Shown in pieces: positions 1 through 10,619 of a stretch of DNA of 64,000 nt. Source of the DNA: an uncultured Gemmatimonadales bacterium. Its GTDB lineage: Bacteria; Gemmatimonadota; Gemmatimonadetes; Palauibacterales; Palauibacteraceae. The position numbers and the translations under genes are program-made. The notes beneath the pieces are model-generated. The model saw nothing but the letters and a program-made list of their open reading frames with translations, made no database searches and was not told the DNA's origin. Numbering within the stretch: the first letter of the stretch is position 1; the number at the start of each line of letters is the position of its first letter. The stretch is from NCBI GenBank assembly GCA_947259585.1, contig CAMYMV010000009.1, forward strand, positions 40,658-104,657. The letters are read 5' to 3'.

Positions 1-572
1 AGGTGAGGGCGCCTCTTGAGCAGTAGCGGGTGCAGGCGGCTGAGGGCGAAGCCGGAGCTGAGCCAAGCCATCTGGCCTGCCACCGGCCAGATGGACGGAC
101 GCGCCAGCAGAGCCTCGTGGCTGAAGGCCAGCGAATCCTCGGCCTCGGCGAGTCCTGCCTCCAGGAGCTTTGCGCGGCGGAGCATTCGATCCAGCTCGTA
201 GCGGGTACCGTAGGTCTCCTGGGCAAGGTCGGGCCGGAGGCGGAAGAACTCCTCCCGCTCGTTGTCGATCGGAGCGGGCCCGCCCACGCCTACCTCCTGA
301 ATCTCCGGATCGAGGAGAGGCAGGCCGGCGAGCAGGCGAAAGCGCTCTTCGCGGACGGCTAGATCGTCGAGTGCCTCGTCCAACGCGCCGGCGCGCTCGT
401 CAAGAGCTTCGACGCCGGATGCCAGGAGGCGGTTCTCGGTGCGGAGGCGGAGAATCTCGAGTTGGCGTGCCGCCTGTCCGGTGGCAAACGCGAGGCCCAC
501 CAGGCCAGCGATCGCGAGGACCGCAATGGCCGCAGCGACGCCGAGCACCGTGCGGCGGCGAATGCGCAACAT
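1..572 (-). CDS. M23-family peptidoglycan metallopeptidase, N-terminal part (open at left edge)
   Basis: Own minus-strand translation from ATG at 572 gives MLRIRRRTVLGVAAAIAVLAIAGLVG (membrane anchor), a coiled-coil-like stretch, then PSIWPVAGQMAWLSSGFALSRLHPLL, which matches the start of the M23 catalytic block. The frame stays open to base 1, so it is absent from the ORF track. Confidence 0.7.
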   Translation of the reverse strand, partial: MLRIRRRTVLGVAAAIAVLAIAGLVGLAFATGQAARQLEILRLRTENRLLASGVEALDERAGALDEALDDLAVREERFRLLAGLPLLDPEIQEVGVGGPAPIDNEREEFFRLRPDLAQETYGTRYELDRMLRRAKLLEAGLAEAEDSLAFSHEALLARPSIWPVAGQMAWLSSGFALSRLHPLLLKRRPH

Positions 573-834
573 CCGAACCCTTTCGACACCCTCGGGAACG
601 AGCTGAAAGGACCAGGAATCGGCCTTCAGCAAGCGCCAAAGCTTGTCCGATTCCGTGCTGCGCTTTTCCTTCTGAAAGAACTCCAGCTGCAAGTGCGACC
701 GCCGCAATATAAGGAACCTCGATCCGCCCGATCGAAGGGCTCGACCAGGCTGCCGCAGGCGCCGTGAGGCTATCGCCTGCCCGGTGGTCTGTCAAGCTCG
801 CGGCCCACGCTCCGGGAACCTCCGATTCGCGCCC

Positions 835-895
835 GAACTCCGCGACGTCAGCTCGCTGCCCGGCGGCCCGGATCACGCCTGAACTCCGCGACGTC
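835..895. repeat. Two copies of a 15-nt direct repeat GAACTCCGCGACGTC (835-849, 881-895)
   Basis: Exact 15-nt match read in the intergenic space between the metG stop (925) and the M23 gene start (572). Each copy contains the GACGTC palindrome. Confidence 0.6.
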
Positions 896-924
896 GGCCC
901 TCGGGCTCGGGCGGGATCCAAGCA

Positions 925-2478
925 TCACTCCTCGGGCTCGTAGCGCGGAAAGAGCGGAGGACCCTTCCGGACCTCGAGCCGTGTCGTCGGGGCCGCCTCC
1001 TCCCGTGAAGCGCCCTCCGGAGGGACCGCCGCTTCTGCGTGGCTCGGCAGGCCCTCCCCGCCGCCCATGCGGAGCCAGATCTCGGCCGCCTTGTCCGGCA
1101 TGAAGGGGCCCAGCATCGCCGCTACGCCACGCAGGCAGCGCACGAGCGAGCCGAGCGCGGCGTCCAGCCTCTCCGCGGCGGCCTCCCCTTCCTTGGCCAG
1201 CTGCCAGGGCTGGACCTCGTCGATGTAGACGTTGGCGCGCCTCACGAGTCCGAAGATCTCCTTCAGTCCCTCGTTCAGCAGATGGCCCTGCATCCGCTCG
1301 TGGTAGCTCGCGGCGAAGGAGATACGGGCCTCGTCGAGCGGCGTTTCGGCGCCCGGCGGGACCGAGCCCTGGCGATACTTGTGGACCATGGCAGCCGTGC
1401 GGCTTACCAGGTTGCCGAGGTCGTTCGCGAGCTCCGCGTTGTAGCGCTGGTCGAATCGAGCCAGGAGCTCGGAGGCCGATGCGAAGTCTCGATCGCCGTC
1501 CCAGGGTGCCTCCCGCACCAGGAAGTAACGGAACGCGTCGGTGCCGTGGCGATCGATGAGCTCGTCCAGGTCCAGCTCCGAGCCGGCGTCCTTGGAGATC
1601 TTGCCCCCCGAGACGCTCACGAAGCCGTGCGCCCACACCGTCCTGGGCAGCTCGACGCCCGCGGACATCAGCATCGCAGGCCAGATCACGCAGTGAAAAC
1701 GGGTGATGTCCTTCCCGATGATGTGCAGCATCGCGGGCCACCACCGCGTGTAGCCCTCGTCCGGATAGCCCGTCGCGGAAAGGTAGTTCGTGAGCGCATC
1801 GATCCAGACGTACACCGTGTGATCGTCGGCGCCCGGAAACGGAATGCCCCAGGGGAGCCGTGAGCGGGAGGCGGAGATGTCGTCGAGCCCGCCCTCCAGG
1901 AGACGGAGGATCTCGTTGCGCCTGCTCTTCGGTTGGACGAACTCCGGGTGCTCCTCCAGGTGGCGCAGCAGCGGGTCGCGGTAGCGCGAAAGGCGAAAGA
2001 ACCAGTTCTCCTCTTCCGTCCATGTGATCTCACGCTTCGGGTGATACGGGCACCGCCCGTCGACCAGCTCCTCCTCCTTGCGAAAGCGCTCGCAGCGCAC
2101 GCAGTAATAGCCCGTATAGCGGTCGACGTAGAGGTCACCGGAGGCCTTCATGCCCTCCACGATGGCCTCCACTGCTCGGTGATGTCTCTTCTCGGTCGTC
2201 CGGATGAAGTCGTCGTTCGAGATCTCGAGCCGCCGCCAGACGCCCGCCCAGAGCTCGGCGAGCTCGTCCACGAACGCCTGGGTCTCCGTCTCCCGGCGCT
2301 CGGCCTCCTCCGCGATGCCCTGGCCGTGCTCGTCCATCCCGATCACGAAGTGGACGTCGTCCCCGAGGGCCCTTCGGTACCGCGCGATTACATCCGCGCC
2401 GACCTTCTCGAACGCGTGGCCCGCGTGCGGCTCGCCGTTCGCGTAGTCGATCGCCGTGGTGAGGTAGAAGCGGGTCAT
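925..2478 (-). CDS. metG: Methionyl-tRNA synthetase
   Basis: 517 aa. N-terminus is MTRFYLTTAIDYANGEPHAGHAFEKVGADVIARY (HIGH-type motif). A KMSKS-type motif (GGKISKDAG) is present, and overall class I MetRS architecture holds. Confidence 0.96.
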   Translation of the reverse strand: MTRFYLTTAIDYANGEPHAGHAFEKVGADVIARYRRALGDDVHFVIGMDEHGQGIAEEAERRETETQAFVDELAELWAGVWRRLEISNDDFIRTTEKRHHRAVEAIVEGMKASGDLYVDRYTGYYCVRCERFRKEEELVDGRCPYHPKREITWTEEENWFFRLSRYRDPLLRHLEEHPEFVQPKSRRNEILRLLEGGLDDISASRSRLPWGIPFPGADDHTVYVWIDALTNYLSATGYPDEGYTRWWPAMLHIIGKDITRFHCVIWPAMLMSAGVELPRTVWAHGFVSVSGGKISKDAGSELDLDELIDRHGTDAFRYFLVREAPWDGDRDFASASELLARFDQRYNAELANDLGNLVSRTAAMVHKYRQGSVPPGAETPLDEARISFAASYHERMQGHLLNEGLKEIFGLVRRANVYIDEVQPWQLAKEGEAAAERLDAALGSLVRCLRGVAAMLGPFMPDKAAEIWLRMGGGEGLPSHAEAAVPPEGASREEAAPTTRLEVRKGPPLFPRYEPEE

Positions 2479-2517
2479 GGCTCTCGTGTCGTGCTGTCCG
2501 GGTGGTGGAGCGGGCTC

Positions 2518-3225
2518 TCAGGCGATCGGCGGGCTGTCGCGGCGGCGTTCCTCTCCCCGACGGCCGCGAAGCGCCTTGGACTCCTGCTTGAGCTCCTCGA
2601 GCGCCACCGTGCGCAGCTGCCCGCTCCGATCCCGAAGCGAGACGGTCTCCTTGAGAAGGTTCCAGTCGGTGACCTGTTCCGGGCCGCGGGACGTCTCGAG
2701 CGTCTGGCCGACGCGCGGGAATCGCTTCTTGCCCTGAACGTAGAGCTCGTGTTCGTAGCGCAGGCAGTTCATCAGACGCCCGCAAGCACCCGAGATCTGG
2801 GCCGGGTTCAGGGACAATCCCTGGTCCTTCGCCAGCTGAAGCGTCACTGGCTGTATCTCCGGTAGCCACATCCGGCAGCAGAGCTCGCGGCCGCACCGTC
2901 CAAGCCCTCCCAGCCTCCTCGCCTCATCACGAACCCCGATCTGACGGAGCTCGATCCTGGTGCGGAAGGTGCGCGCCATGTCCCTGACGAGCGCCCGGAA
3001 GTCGACGCGTTTGTCGGCGGTGAAGAAGACAGTCAGCTTGTTGCGGTCCCACTGCCACTCGGCTTCGCTCACCTTCATCTTGAGCTTGTGCGTCTTCACG
3101 AGCTCGCGGGTCCGGCGGCGAACCTGGTCCTCTTCGTCTCTCAGCTGTTGAGAGCGCAGCACGTCGGCGGGCGATGCCCGCCGGATGACGCGCTTCTCGG
3201 GCGGAATCACGCGTCGGTCGCCCAC
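2518..3225 (-). CDS. PSP1 C-terminal domain protein (RicT/YaaT-like)
   Basis: KLTVFFTADKRVDFRALVRDMARTFRTRIELRQIGVRDEARRLGGLGRCGRELCC is collinear with the PSP1 core of B. subtilis YaaT. The N-terminus is uncertain (see noticed_but_rejected). Confidence 0.85.
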   Translation of the reverse strand: MGDRRVIPPEKRVIRRASPADVLRSQQLRDEEDQVRRRTRELVKTHKLKMKVSEAEWQWDRNKLTVFFTADKRVDFRALVRDMARTFRTRIELRQIGVRDEARRLGGLGRCGRELCCRMWLPEIQPVTLQLAKDQGLSLNPAQISGACGRLMNCLRYEHELYVQGKKRFPRVGQTLETSRGPEQVTDWNLLKETVSLRDRSGQLRTVALEELKQESKALRGRRGEERRRDSPPIA

Positions 3226-3490
3226 CTCGTCGCAGCCGCCGCCGCAGGTGGCGCTGGCTCCGTCCTGAGGCCCTTGAAGCGAACCAGAACGATCTGCAGC
3301 TCCGTCTGGCCGGTGGGCCGCGGCGACTCCAGGGACGGCTGACTCGGTCCTCCGGTGCGTACGGGCGTTGGTCCGGCCGCGCTCGAGACGTCGGCCACGG
3401 GCGTCGGGTCGGCCACGGGAATCGGCCTTACCCGCTTCGGCCTGACCGGCTTCGGGCGGTCCGGCGGGTGGTCGGGCGAACCGTTGCGGC

Positions 3491-4342
3491 TCATTCGGTC
3501 GGCACCTCTTCCCACCGGCCCATGCCGTAGTACTTCTCTCGCCGCGAGAGGACGAGCTCTTCGACGTCTATCGCGCGGAGCTCATCCAGATGGCGAGCCA
3601 GGGCCTCGCCCAGGTGCTCGGCCGCACCGCCGGGGTCGACGTGCGCGCCTCCGGCCGGCTCGGAGACCAGCTCATCGATGACCCCGAGGTCGAGCAGATC
3701 GGTGGCCGTGAGCTTGAGCGCCTCCGCGGCGCGCTCCGCCTCGTCGCGGCTCCGCCAGAGGATCGCGGCACATCCCTCGGGCGAGATCACCGAGTAGATC
3801 GCGTTCTCCAGCATGAGGACCCGGTCGGCCACGGCGATGCCCAGGGCTCCACCGCTTCCTCCCTCGCCGATCACGCAGCTGATGATCGGCGTCCGGAGCC
3901 CGGCCATGACGAACAGGTTGCGGGCGATCGCCTCCGCCTGACCTCTCTCCTCGGCGCCGATTCCGGGATAGGCGCCCTGCGTGTCGACGAAGGTGACGAC
4001 AGGCTTGCCGAATTTCTCGGCCATCCGCATAAGCCGCTCCGCCTTGCGGTACCCTTCGGGGTGGGGAGAGCCGAAGTTCCGGTGCACGTTCTCCTTCATG
4101 TCCCGGCCCTTCTGTTGCCCGATCACCATGACGCTGCGGCCGCGGAAGTTCGCCCACCCTCCCACGATCGCCGGATCGTCACGGAAGTTCCGGTCTCCGT
4201 GAAGCTCGATGAACTCCGAGAAGAGGTCGCTCACGTAGTCGATCGTGAACGGGCGCTCCTGGTGCCGGGCCAGCTTCACGCGCTCGTAGCGGGAGAGACC
4301 CGCGGCCGCCTCCGGCCGCTCGAGGTTCGCGTTTTCCTCCAT
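3491..4342 (-). CDS. accA: Acetyl-CoA carboxylase carboxyltransferase alpha subunit
   Basis: [51 protein letters not shown]...[21 protein letters not shown] trimmed the start to the ATG at 4342, which is preceded by AAGGAGG. The track start at 4516 would overlap dnaE. Confidence 0.93.
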   Translation of the reverse strand: MEENANLERPEAAAGLSRYERVKLARHQERPFTIDYVSDLFSEFIELHGDRNFRDDPAIVGGWANFRGRSVMVIGQQKGRDMKENVHRNFGSPHPEGYRKAERLMRMAEKFGKPVVTFVDTQGAYPGIGAEERGQAEAIARNLFVMAGLRTPIISCVIGEGGSGGALGIAVADRVLMLENAIYSVISPEGCAAILWRSRDEAERAAEALKLTATDLLDLGVIDELVSEPAGGAHVDPGGAAEHLGEALARHLDELRAIDVEELVLSRREKYYGMGRWEEVPTE

Positions 4343-4386
4343 CTCCCGCGCCTCCTTGGTCGTGTTCTCCGCCGTATCGCGCCCGG

Positions 4387-7300
4387 TCAGTCGCGCGCCA
4401 GGTGCACGTGATCGTTGCCCAGGAGCGAGCGGAGATCCGCCAGCAGGTCGGCGTTCGGCGACACCCGAAGAGACGAGGAGAAGCACGGGGTAGCGCCGTT
4501 GCCGGCTTTCCTCCATTCGACCAGCAGCGGACCGCTCCCGGGCGATTCCTCCACCAGGGAGCGGACCCGATCGAACACGTCGGACCCCGGTGGCATCTCC
4601 TGATCGAGCTCGATGCGGATTCCCACCTGACCGGATCGCCGCACCTCCGCCAGAGGCGCAACCGAATCTACAAAGATGGGAGGGTCTTCCTCGTCACGCG
4701 AACGGCCGGAGACCGTGCCCTCGATAAGCACCGGCGCATCCTGGGTGAGCAGGTCACGGTACTTCATCCAGGTATCCCCGAAGACGAGGGCAGTGGCCGT
4801 TCCGTGGTAGTCCTCGATCGTGAGCCGGCACCACTCTCGTCCGTCGCGGCGAGAGGCGCGCACCGTAGCGTCGGTCACGACACAGGCGACCTCCACCTTG
4901 CGGTCCTTCAGCTCCGAGAGCTTCACGGCGTGCGCCTCGAGGGCGTACAGGTTGACCAGGTCCCGATACCGGTCGAGCGGGTGGCCGGACGTGTAGTAGC
5001 CGATCACCTTCTTCTCCCGCTGCAGCCGCTCCCGCTCGCCCCACGGCGGCACGTCGGGCAATGGAGGATCGGGCCGCTTGGCCGGTCCCTCGCCGAACAG
5101 CGTCGTCTGTCCCGCCGCTTCCTCGCGCTGACGCGCCTGTGCCTCGGAGAGCGCGGCGTCGAGACCGGCGATCAGCGCCGCCCGGTCTCCCAGGGCGTCC
5201 AGGGCGCCGGATTCGACCAGCGCCTCGAGCACGCGGCGGTTGTTGAGCCTGAGGTCGATGCGGCGGCAGAAGTCGCAGAGCGATGCGAACTCCCCCTCTT
5301 CCCGCGCCTCGATGATGTTCTTGATGGCGGAGAAGCCGACGCCCTTGATCGCGCCCAGTCCGAAGCGGATCTCGTCGTTGTCGACCACCGTAAAGCGATA
5401 CTTCGACTCGTTCACGCTGGGCGGCAGCACCTCGATCCCCAGGCTGCGCGTCTCCGCTATGTACCCGACGACCGCGTCCGTGCTGTCGATCTGCGAGGAG
5501 AGCAGGGCGGCCATGAACTCCGCCGGGTGGTGCGCTTTCAGCCAGGCGGTCCGGTAGGAGAGGATCGCATAGGCGACGCTGTGCGCCTTCGGGAAGCCGT
5601 AGCGGCCGAAAGTCTGGATGAGATCCGCGATCTCGCGCGCCTTTCGCTTGGCGAGTCCCTTCGCCGCCGCTCGCGCCACGAAGTCGTCAAGCACTCGCTT
5701 CGTGAGCTCGGCGTCCTTCTTCCCGACCGCTTTCCGGAGGACGTCCGCCTCGGCGAGCGAGAAGTCTGCCAGCAGGTTGGCCACCCGCATCACCTGCTCC
5801 TGGTAGGTGATGACGCCATACGTTGGCTCCAGCAGCTCCACCAGATCGGGGTGCGGGTAGGCGACGGGCTCGAAGCCGCGCTTGCGGCGGATGAAGACGT
5901 CCGTCATCCCGCTGTCCAGAGGGCCGGGTCGGATGAGCGCGTTCACGGCGATCAGGTCGTCGAAGCGGTCGCACCGCATCGCTCGAAGCTTGTCGGTTCC
6001 GAGCGAGGACTCGAACTGGAAGACGCCCGACGTCCCGCCGCTGGCCAGCATCTCGTAGACCGCCGGATCGTCCAGGCCCATCTCGTCCCAGTCGACTTCG
6101 CCGCCCTTCTCCCGGATGGCATCGGCGGCGTACTGGATCACCGTGAGGGTGCGGAGGCCGAGGAAGTCCATCTTCAGCATCCCCACGTCCTCGAGCGCGT
6201 TCATGTCGAACTGCGTGATGACCGTGGTCTCGGAGCTCTTTCCGTTCTTCGCGTCCCTGCAGACGGGCACGTAGTCCTCGAGCGGACCAGGGGCGATCAC
6301 CACGCCCGCGGCGTGAACGGAGCTGTGGCGGGAGAGCCCTTCGATGCGAGCCGCGTAGTCGAGGAGCTTCCGCGTGCGCGGGTCCGACTCGTAGGCCTCC
6401 TTGAGCTCGAGCACCTTCTCGATCGCCTCTTCGATGCCGAGCGAGTATCCCGGTCCGCTGGGGATCAGCTTGGCGAGCCGGTCCGTGTCGGCGGGTGAGA
6501 AGCCGAGGACCCGGCCCACGTCCCGCACGACGGCGCGGGCCTTCATCGTGCCGAAGGTGATGATCTGTCCCACCGAGCGGTTGCCGTACTTCTCCCGCAC
6601 GTAATCGATCACCTCGCCCCTACGCTCGTAGCAGAAGTCGATGTCGATGTCCGGCATCGAGATCCGGTCCGGGTTGAGGAAGCGCTCGAACAGAAGGTCG
6701 AACTCGAGCGGGTCCACATCCGTCACCTGGAGCGCGTACGCCACCAGCGAGCCGGCCGACGAGCCCCGGCCCGGACCCACGGGAATGCCTCGCTCGCGTG
6801 CCGCCCGGATGAAGTCCCAGACAATGAGGAAGTAGCCGGCGTATCCGGTTCGCTCGATGACATCGAGCTCGTACTCCATCCGCTCCCGCGCAGCGTCGGG
6901 GAGCGGGTCCCCGTAGCGCCTGCGAGCTCCTTCCTCGACGAGGTGCCTGAGGTAGGCCGTGTCGTCGTCGAACAGCTCTGGAAGATGGAAGTTGGGCAGG
7001 TAGTACCGCCGCTCGAACTGGACCTCGCACCTCTCCGCCAGGACGAGCGTGTTCTCAAGCACGCCGGGTCGGTCGGGGAAGAGCGTCCCCATCTCCTCGG
7101 GCGACTTGAAGTAGCTCTCCTCGCCGTGGAAGCGCAGCCGGTTGGGGTCTTCCTTGTCCTTGCCCGTGCCGATGCAGAGAAGGGTGTCGTGAGCGTCGGC
7201 ATCCTCGCGGCGCAGATAGTGCGCGTCGTTGGTGGCGACGACCCCCAGCCCGAGCTCGTCGGCCAGCTGGAAGATCCCGTCGTTGACCTCGGCCTGACCC

Positions 7301-7845
7301 GGAATGCCGTGGTTCTGGACCTCCAGCCAATACCGGTCGGGCCCGAACACTCGCGCATACCACTCGGCGGTAGCGCGAGCCTCCTCGATGCGACCTAGTT
7401 GCAGATACTTGGGCACCTCACCCGAGAGGCAGGCGCTGAGCACGATCAGACCTTCCGAGTGCTCCTCCAGCACCTCGTGGTCGATGCGGGGGCGCCTGTA
7501 GAAGCCCTCCATGTACCCGATCGAGGAGAGGCAGACGAGGTTGCGGTATCCCTGTTTGTCGGCTGCGAGCAGTACGAGATGAGCGTACTCCGCGGGTGCG
7601 TTCGGTGGCTTGACCCGGACGCGACGGTCTCCGTACGCCACGTAGGCCTCGCACCCGATGATCGGCCGGATCCCGGCCTTCCTGGCCTTCTTCTGGAAGG
7701 TCCACGCCCCGAACAGGTTGCCGTGGTCGGTGAGAGCGAGGGCGGGCATCCCCAGGTCGACGGCGCGGTCGATTAGCGCGTCGATCCGGTTCGCGCCGTC
7801 GAGTAGCGAATACTCGCTATGCGTGTGGAGATGAACGAACGACAC
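4387..7845 (-). CDS. dnaE: DNA polymerase III alpha subunit
   Basis: PHP domain ([16 protein letters not shown]), the polymerase core and an OB fold are present. The likely start is the GTG at 7845, overlapping the upstream TAG by one base (TAGTG coupling). The track ORF extends to 7989. Confidence 0.96.
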   Translation of the reverse strand: MSFVHLHTHSEYSLLDGANRIDALIDRAVDLGMPALALTDHGNLFGAWTFQKKARKAGIRPIIGCEAYVAYGDRRVRVKPPNAPAEYAHLVLLAADKQGYRNLVCLSSIGYMEGFYRRPRIDHEVLEEHSEGLIVLSACLSGEVPKYLQLGRIEEARATAEWYARVFGPDRYWLEVQNHGIPGQAEVNDGIFQLADELGLGVVATNDAHYLRREDADAHDTLLCIGTGKDKEDPNRLRFHGEESYFKSPEEMGTLFPDRPGVLENTLVLAERCEVQFERRYYLPNFHLPELFDDDTAYLRHLVEEGARRRYGDPLPDAARERMEYELDVIERTGYAGYFLIVWDFIRAARERGIPVGPGRGSSAGSLVAYALQVTDVDPLEFDLLFERFLNPDRISMPDIDIDFCYERRGEVIDYVREKYGNRSVGQIITFGTMKARAVVRDVGRVLGFSPADTDRLAKLIPSGPGYSLGIEEAIEKVLELKEAYESDPRTRKLLDYAARIEGLSRHSSVHAAGVVIAPGPLEDYVPVCRDAKNGKSSETTVITQFDMNALEDVGMLKMDFLGLRTLTVIQYAADAIREKGGEVDWDEMGLDDPAVYEMLASGGTSGVFQFESSLGTDKLRAMRCDRFDDLIAVNALIRPGPLDSGMTDVFIRRKRGFEPVAYPHPDLVELLEPTYGVITYQEQVMRVANLLADFSLAEADVLRKAVGKKDAELTKRVLDDFVARAAAKGLAKRKAREIADLIQTFGRYGFPKAHSVAYAILSYRTAWLKAHHPAEFMAALLSSQIDSTDAVVGYIAETRSLGIEVLPPSVNESKYRFTVVDNDEIRFGLGAIKGVGFSAIKNIIEAREEGEFASLCDFCRRIDLRLNNRRVLEALVESGALDALGDRAALIAGLDAALSEAQARQREEAAGQTTLFGEGPAKRPDPPLPDVPPWGERERLQREKKVIGYYTSGHPLDRYRDLVNLYALEAHAVKLSELKDRKVEVACVVTDATVRASRRDGREWCRLTIEDYHGTATALVFGDTWMKYRDLLTQDAPVLIEGTVSGRSRDEEDPPIFVDSVAPLAEVRRSGQVGIRIELDQEMPPGSDVFDRVRSLVEESPGSGPLLVEWRKAGNGATPCFSSSLRVSPNADLLADLRSLLGNDHVHLARD

Positions 7846-8912
7846 TAAGGGCTCGCCGTCGATTCCGCCGGGCAGGTGAACGAACTCAGTATCTGCTCCA
7901 GCTGAATCATGTATTCGTATTTCGGCTTTCGTGGCGCATACAGAAACGCATCGATGAACACGGTCTTGTCGGGGCAGCCCACGAGCCAACTTATGTAGGG
8001 GCCCGCCGCCGGAAACGTACCCTCATCCACCCAGGTGCCGGTCACCTCCAGCCCCTCCCGTCCGGAGATCCGGAAGGCTCGAGGTTCCTTCCCGGAGGGC
8101 TCGATCCGCTGGGGAACGTTGTAGTGCACGCTGTCGATCGCAGCCCGCCAGTCGAGCGCCACCTCCTCCGTGAGCTCCACCAGGCGGGGCCGCCAGGTGA
8201 TGAGGAGCGACCGGATCAGCTCGCTCGGGTCGGGGTTGTCGTTTCGGAGAATCACCACGGTATCTCGAGGACCCTCCCGGATGACGAACCGGTACACCTT
8301 GGGGACCTGAATGCTGAAGCCGAATCGGGCGCCGAGCGAGTCGGCCACCACGGAGTCCACTCCGCTCACGAACATTCGCTCCAAAACCCACACTCGATAT
8401 CGAGCGTCGATCACGTCGATCAGCTCCGGCAGGGTCCTCAGCCATGTCTCAGCCTCCTGACCTGCCTCCGCCACGACGACGGTGACGAGCTGTCCCCTCG
8501 CCCATACATCCGACGCCGTGAACGTCGATGGCGCCTCGGCCGTGATGCCTGCCTCCTCCGCTGCCGCCTGCACGAGCGGGCTCTCGACGGTTCCCAGCAC
8601 GATCACCTGTCGGAAGACGACGAGATCACCGAGCTCGGGGCTCGCGGGGTCGACGTGCGAGACGTTGAACTTCTTCTCTTCCCTGGTGGTGAGGATCGTC
8701 GGCTCGAGGACGGCGTACGTGCTGTCCTCCACCTCGGCCCAGACGTCGCCAGACGCGACCAGGATCAGGCTCGTGGCCTCGCCCCAGGCCGCGGGCTTGC
8801 TGCATGCCGCTGCCAGGATGACGGCGATCACGGCGGCGAAGGTCGCCGTGGCCCGGCGGGTCGAGGCCGGGAGGCTGGAAGCGCGAGGCTTGGGGGGACT
8901 GGCGTTTCGCAT
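7845..8912 (-). CDS. Lipoprotein of unknown function (possibly DUF4837-like)
   Basis: Signal peptide with lipobox (AVILAAAC). 355 aa, translationally coupled to dnaE. The family assignment is from memory only. Confidence 0.75.
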   Translation of the reverse strand: MRNASPPKPRASSLPASTRRATATFAAVIAVILAAACSKPAAWGEATSLILVASGDVWAEVEDSTYAVLEPTILTTREEKKFNVSHVDPASPELGDLVVFRQVIVLGTVESPLVQAAAEEAGITAEAPSTFTASDVWARGQLVTVVVAEAGQEAETWLRTLPELIDVIDARYRVWVLERMFVSGVDSVVADSLGARFGFSIQVPKVYRFVIREGPRDTVVILRNDNPDPSELIRSLLITWRPRLVELTEEVALDWRAAIDSVHYNVPQRIEPSGKEPRAFRISGREGLEVTGTWVDEGTFPAAGPYISWLVGCPDKTVFIDAFLYAPRKPKYEYMIQLEQILSSFTCPAESTASP

Positions 8913-9086
8913 CGTGGAATGAAACGTAAGCTGGCAGCGTGGGGCGCAGCAAACCCCGTCCGGTCACGCGCCTCCGGGCTGTTTTCCGGACGTTCCGCAG
9001 AGGCCACGGCACGATCTTGACAGCCGGGCCAACCCCTATTAATAAGCGGCAAAGAGCCCGAGACGGTTATTCTTCTGGAGGTTACG

Positions 9087-9317
9087 GTGCTTTCTCAGCT
9101 GGCCGCCTTTTCGTTTCCAGACCCGGTCTGTCAGGAGCCTCAATGGGAGGCCGAGGACGAAGAGTGGGACGATGATCTGGACGATGATCTCGATGACGAT
9201 GAGGAGTGGGACGACGATCTCGAAGATCTCGACGACGACGAAGAGTGGGACGATCTGGATGACGATCTCGATGAAGACGAGGACTGGGACTACGGCGAGG
9301 AAGACGAGCTCGGTTGA
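9087..9317 (+). CDS. Hyper-acidic Trp-Asp/Glu repeat protein (76 aa)
   Basis: GTG start 5 nt after GGAGG. There are four tandem units of EEWDD(D)L(D/E)DLDDD, about 39-42 nt each at the DNA level. It ends 22 nt before the methyltransferase gene. Confidence 0.6.
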   Translation: MLSQLAAFSFPDPVCQEPQWEAEDEEWDDDLDDDLDDDEEWDDDLEDLDDDEEWDDLDDDLDEDEDWDYGEEDELG

Positions 9318-9338
9318 GCGGCGGGAACGGTCTGGCCT

Positions 9339-9980
9339 GTGACCTGCGCTCACTGCTGCGATGCGGAAAAGCTCTTCAACGACCGACGCGCGAAGCGAGA
9401 GCTCCGCAAGTACCGCCGGAAGGGTCCCGACAAGTCGACCCGCCTCCTCATCGATGCGCTTCTGGGGCCGGAGACCGCCGGAAGCTCACTGCTCGACATA
9501 GGTGGCGGTGTCGGGGCGATCCAGCACGCGTCGGCGGACGCCGGCGCCTCCGCGATCACGGCGGCGGATGCATCGGAAGCGTACGTGCAGGTCTGCCGAA
9601 CCGAGGCGGAGCGGCGGGGCTACGTGGACCGCGCCGGCTACCACGTCGGCGATTTCATCGAGATGGCGGAGGGTCTCCCGGACGCGGACGTCGTGACCCT
9701 GGACAGGGTCGTCTGCTGCTACCCGGACATGCCCCGGCTCATCGGAGCCTCCGCGGAGAAGGCCGGCCGGCTTTACGGGCTCGTCTTCCCCAGGCGCCGG
9801 TGGCCGGTGCGCGCCGTGATCGCTGCCATGAACGTGTTCGAGTCCTTGAAGAGGACCACCTTCCGAGTATTCGTCCATCCTCCCGAGGAGATCGAGGCGG
9901 CCGTGCGGGCGGCCGGCTTCGAGCGGGCGCACGATGCGAAGACGTTCGTCTGGCAGGTGAGAGTCTACTCCCGGGCCTGA
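9339..9980 (+). CDS. Class I SAM-dependent methyltransferase
   Basis: N-terminus is Cys-rich (CAHCCD). Motif I is LLDIGGGVGAI, and the remainder has a Rossmann-fold pattern. Confidence 0.85.
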   Translation: MTCAHCCDAEKLFNDRRAKRELRKYRRKGPDKSTRLLIDALLGPETAGSSLLDIGGGVGAIQHASADAGASAITAADASEAYVQVCRTEAERRGYVDRAGYHVGDFIEMAEGLPDADVVTLDRVVCCYPDMPRLIGASAEKAGRLYGLVFPRRRWPVRAVIAAMNVFESLKRTTFRVFVHPPEEIEAAVRAAGFERAHDAKTFVWQVRVYSRA

Positions 9981-10152
9981 GCCGGCCGCTCCGCGCGGTG
10001 GCCCCGGCTAGCGGTCCGGCGCCGCCGGCCGACCTTGACTCCGCCCGAGCGGGTTGGATAACGTTCGCCTCCCGGCGCGCAGCAGAGCGGTTCCCTCCCG
10101 GCGAACGCCTCGTGCCGAACTGGGTAGGATATCTCTCCGCACGCCCGACTGC

Positions 10153-10195
10153 GGGCTCGTAGCTCAGCCTGGTTAGAGCGCACGCCTGATAAGCG
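10153..10195 (+). pseudogene. tRNA-Ile(GAU) 5' fragment (acceptor, D-arm, anticodon arm up to 3 nt of the 3' stem)
   Basis: GGGCTCG-TA-GCTC-AGCCTGGTTA-GAGC-G-CACGC-CTGATAA-GCG. No variable loop or T-arm follows, so the tRNA structure ends here. Confidence 0.75.
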
Positions 10196-10322
10196 AGCCA
10201 GAGATCCGCCCGTTTCCGGCTAATCCCCGCAGTCTAGGGCCTTCTTACGGATCAGCCCCGGAAGCCGAAATGCGGTTTCCGGGGCCTTTCCGTATCCCAA
10301 CAGCCCCAGCAACAGCCCCAGC
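10184..10322 (+). repeat. 139-bp direct repeat, copy A (starts inside the tRNA-Ile anticodon stem-loop)
   Basis: Ungapped manual alignment to 13756-13894 gives 119/139 identical bases. It contains the hairpin CCCCGGAA-N13-TTCCGGGG (10256-10284), the long-range pair ATCCG/CGGAT, and a terminal AACAGCCCCAGC x2. Confidence 0.85.
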
Positions 10323-10409
10323 CTTATCCGCTGCCTCAATTATCTAATTCTAGATGCGAGCAGGGGCGGCCCCGAAGGAAGCAGTGGAAGGCTCAGTTCG
10401 GCGGGTTCA

Positions 10410-10607
10410 TCAGTTCGGGAAGTCCATCCGTCGCATGATCTCCATGTAGCGGGGATCCTCCCGCACGGGGTCCCATAGATGCTCCACATTCTGATACGGC
10501 ATGTTGGGGTCGCGGGCGTCGTAGCCTCTTGCGAGCCAATCGAGGGCCCGATCGTAATCTCCGGCCTCTAAGAACTGAATCGCGACGTCGAGCGGCGCCA
10601 CATACAT
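10410..10607 (-). pseudogene. C-terminal remnant of a TPR-type protein
   Basis: The 65-aa ORF (LEAGDYDRALDWLARGYDARDPNMPYQNVEHLWDPVREDPRYMEIMRRMDFP) looks like only the last repeat and tail of larger TPR proteins. No N-terminal body is present upstream. Confidence 0.5.
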
Positions 10608-10619
10608 GATCTCGGCGCT

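Noticed and set aside
3207-3515. ORF upstream of the PSP1 gene containing ELQIVLVRFKGLRTE, which resembles the extreme N-terminus of YaaT/RicT (VIGVRFKKAGKIYYFD). This could mean a frameshifted or longer PSP1 gene.
   Set aside because: Only about 10 residues resemble the N-domain, and the remaining 40 or so residues of that domain are absent in any frame. I cannot distinguish a true frameshift from chance, so I kept the GTG start at 3225 and flagged the N-terminus as uncertain.
9160-9300. Tandem nucleotide repeats here, and at 36290-36440, considered as a possible CRISPR or VNTR.
   Set aside because: The units are contiguous with no spacers. They are in frame and encode Asp/Glu/Trp and Asp/Glu/His repeats respectively, so they are coding low-complexity repeats, not CRISPR arrays.
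9039-9353. 104-aa hydrophobic repeat ORF (IVIQIVPLFVVVEIFEIVVPLL...) on the minus strand.
   Set aside because: It is the mirror image of the GAn-rich acidic repeat gene at 9087-9317. It has no SD or start context, whereas the plus-strand ORF has GGAGG-N5-GTG.
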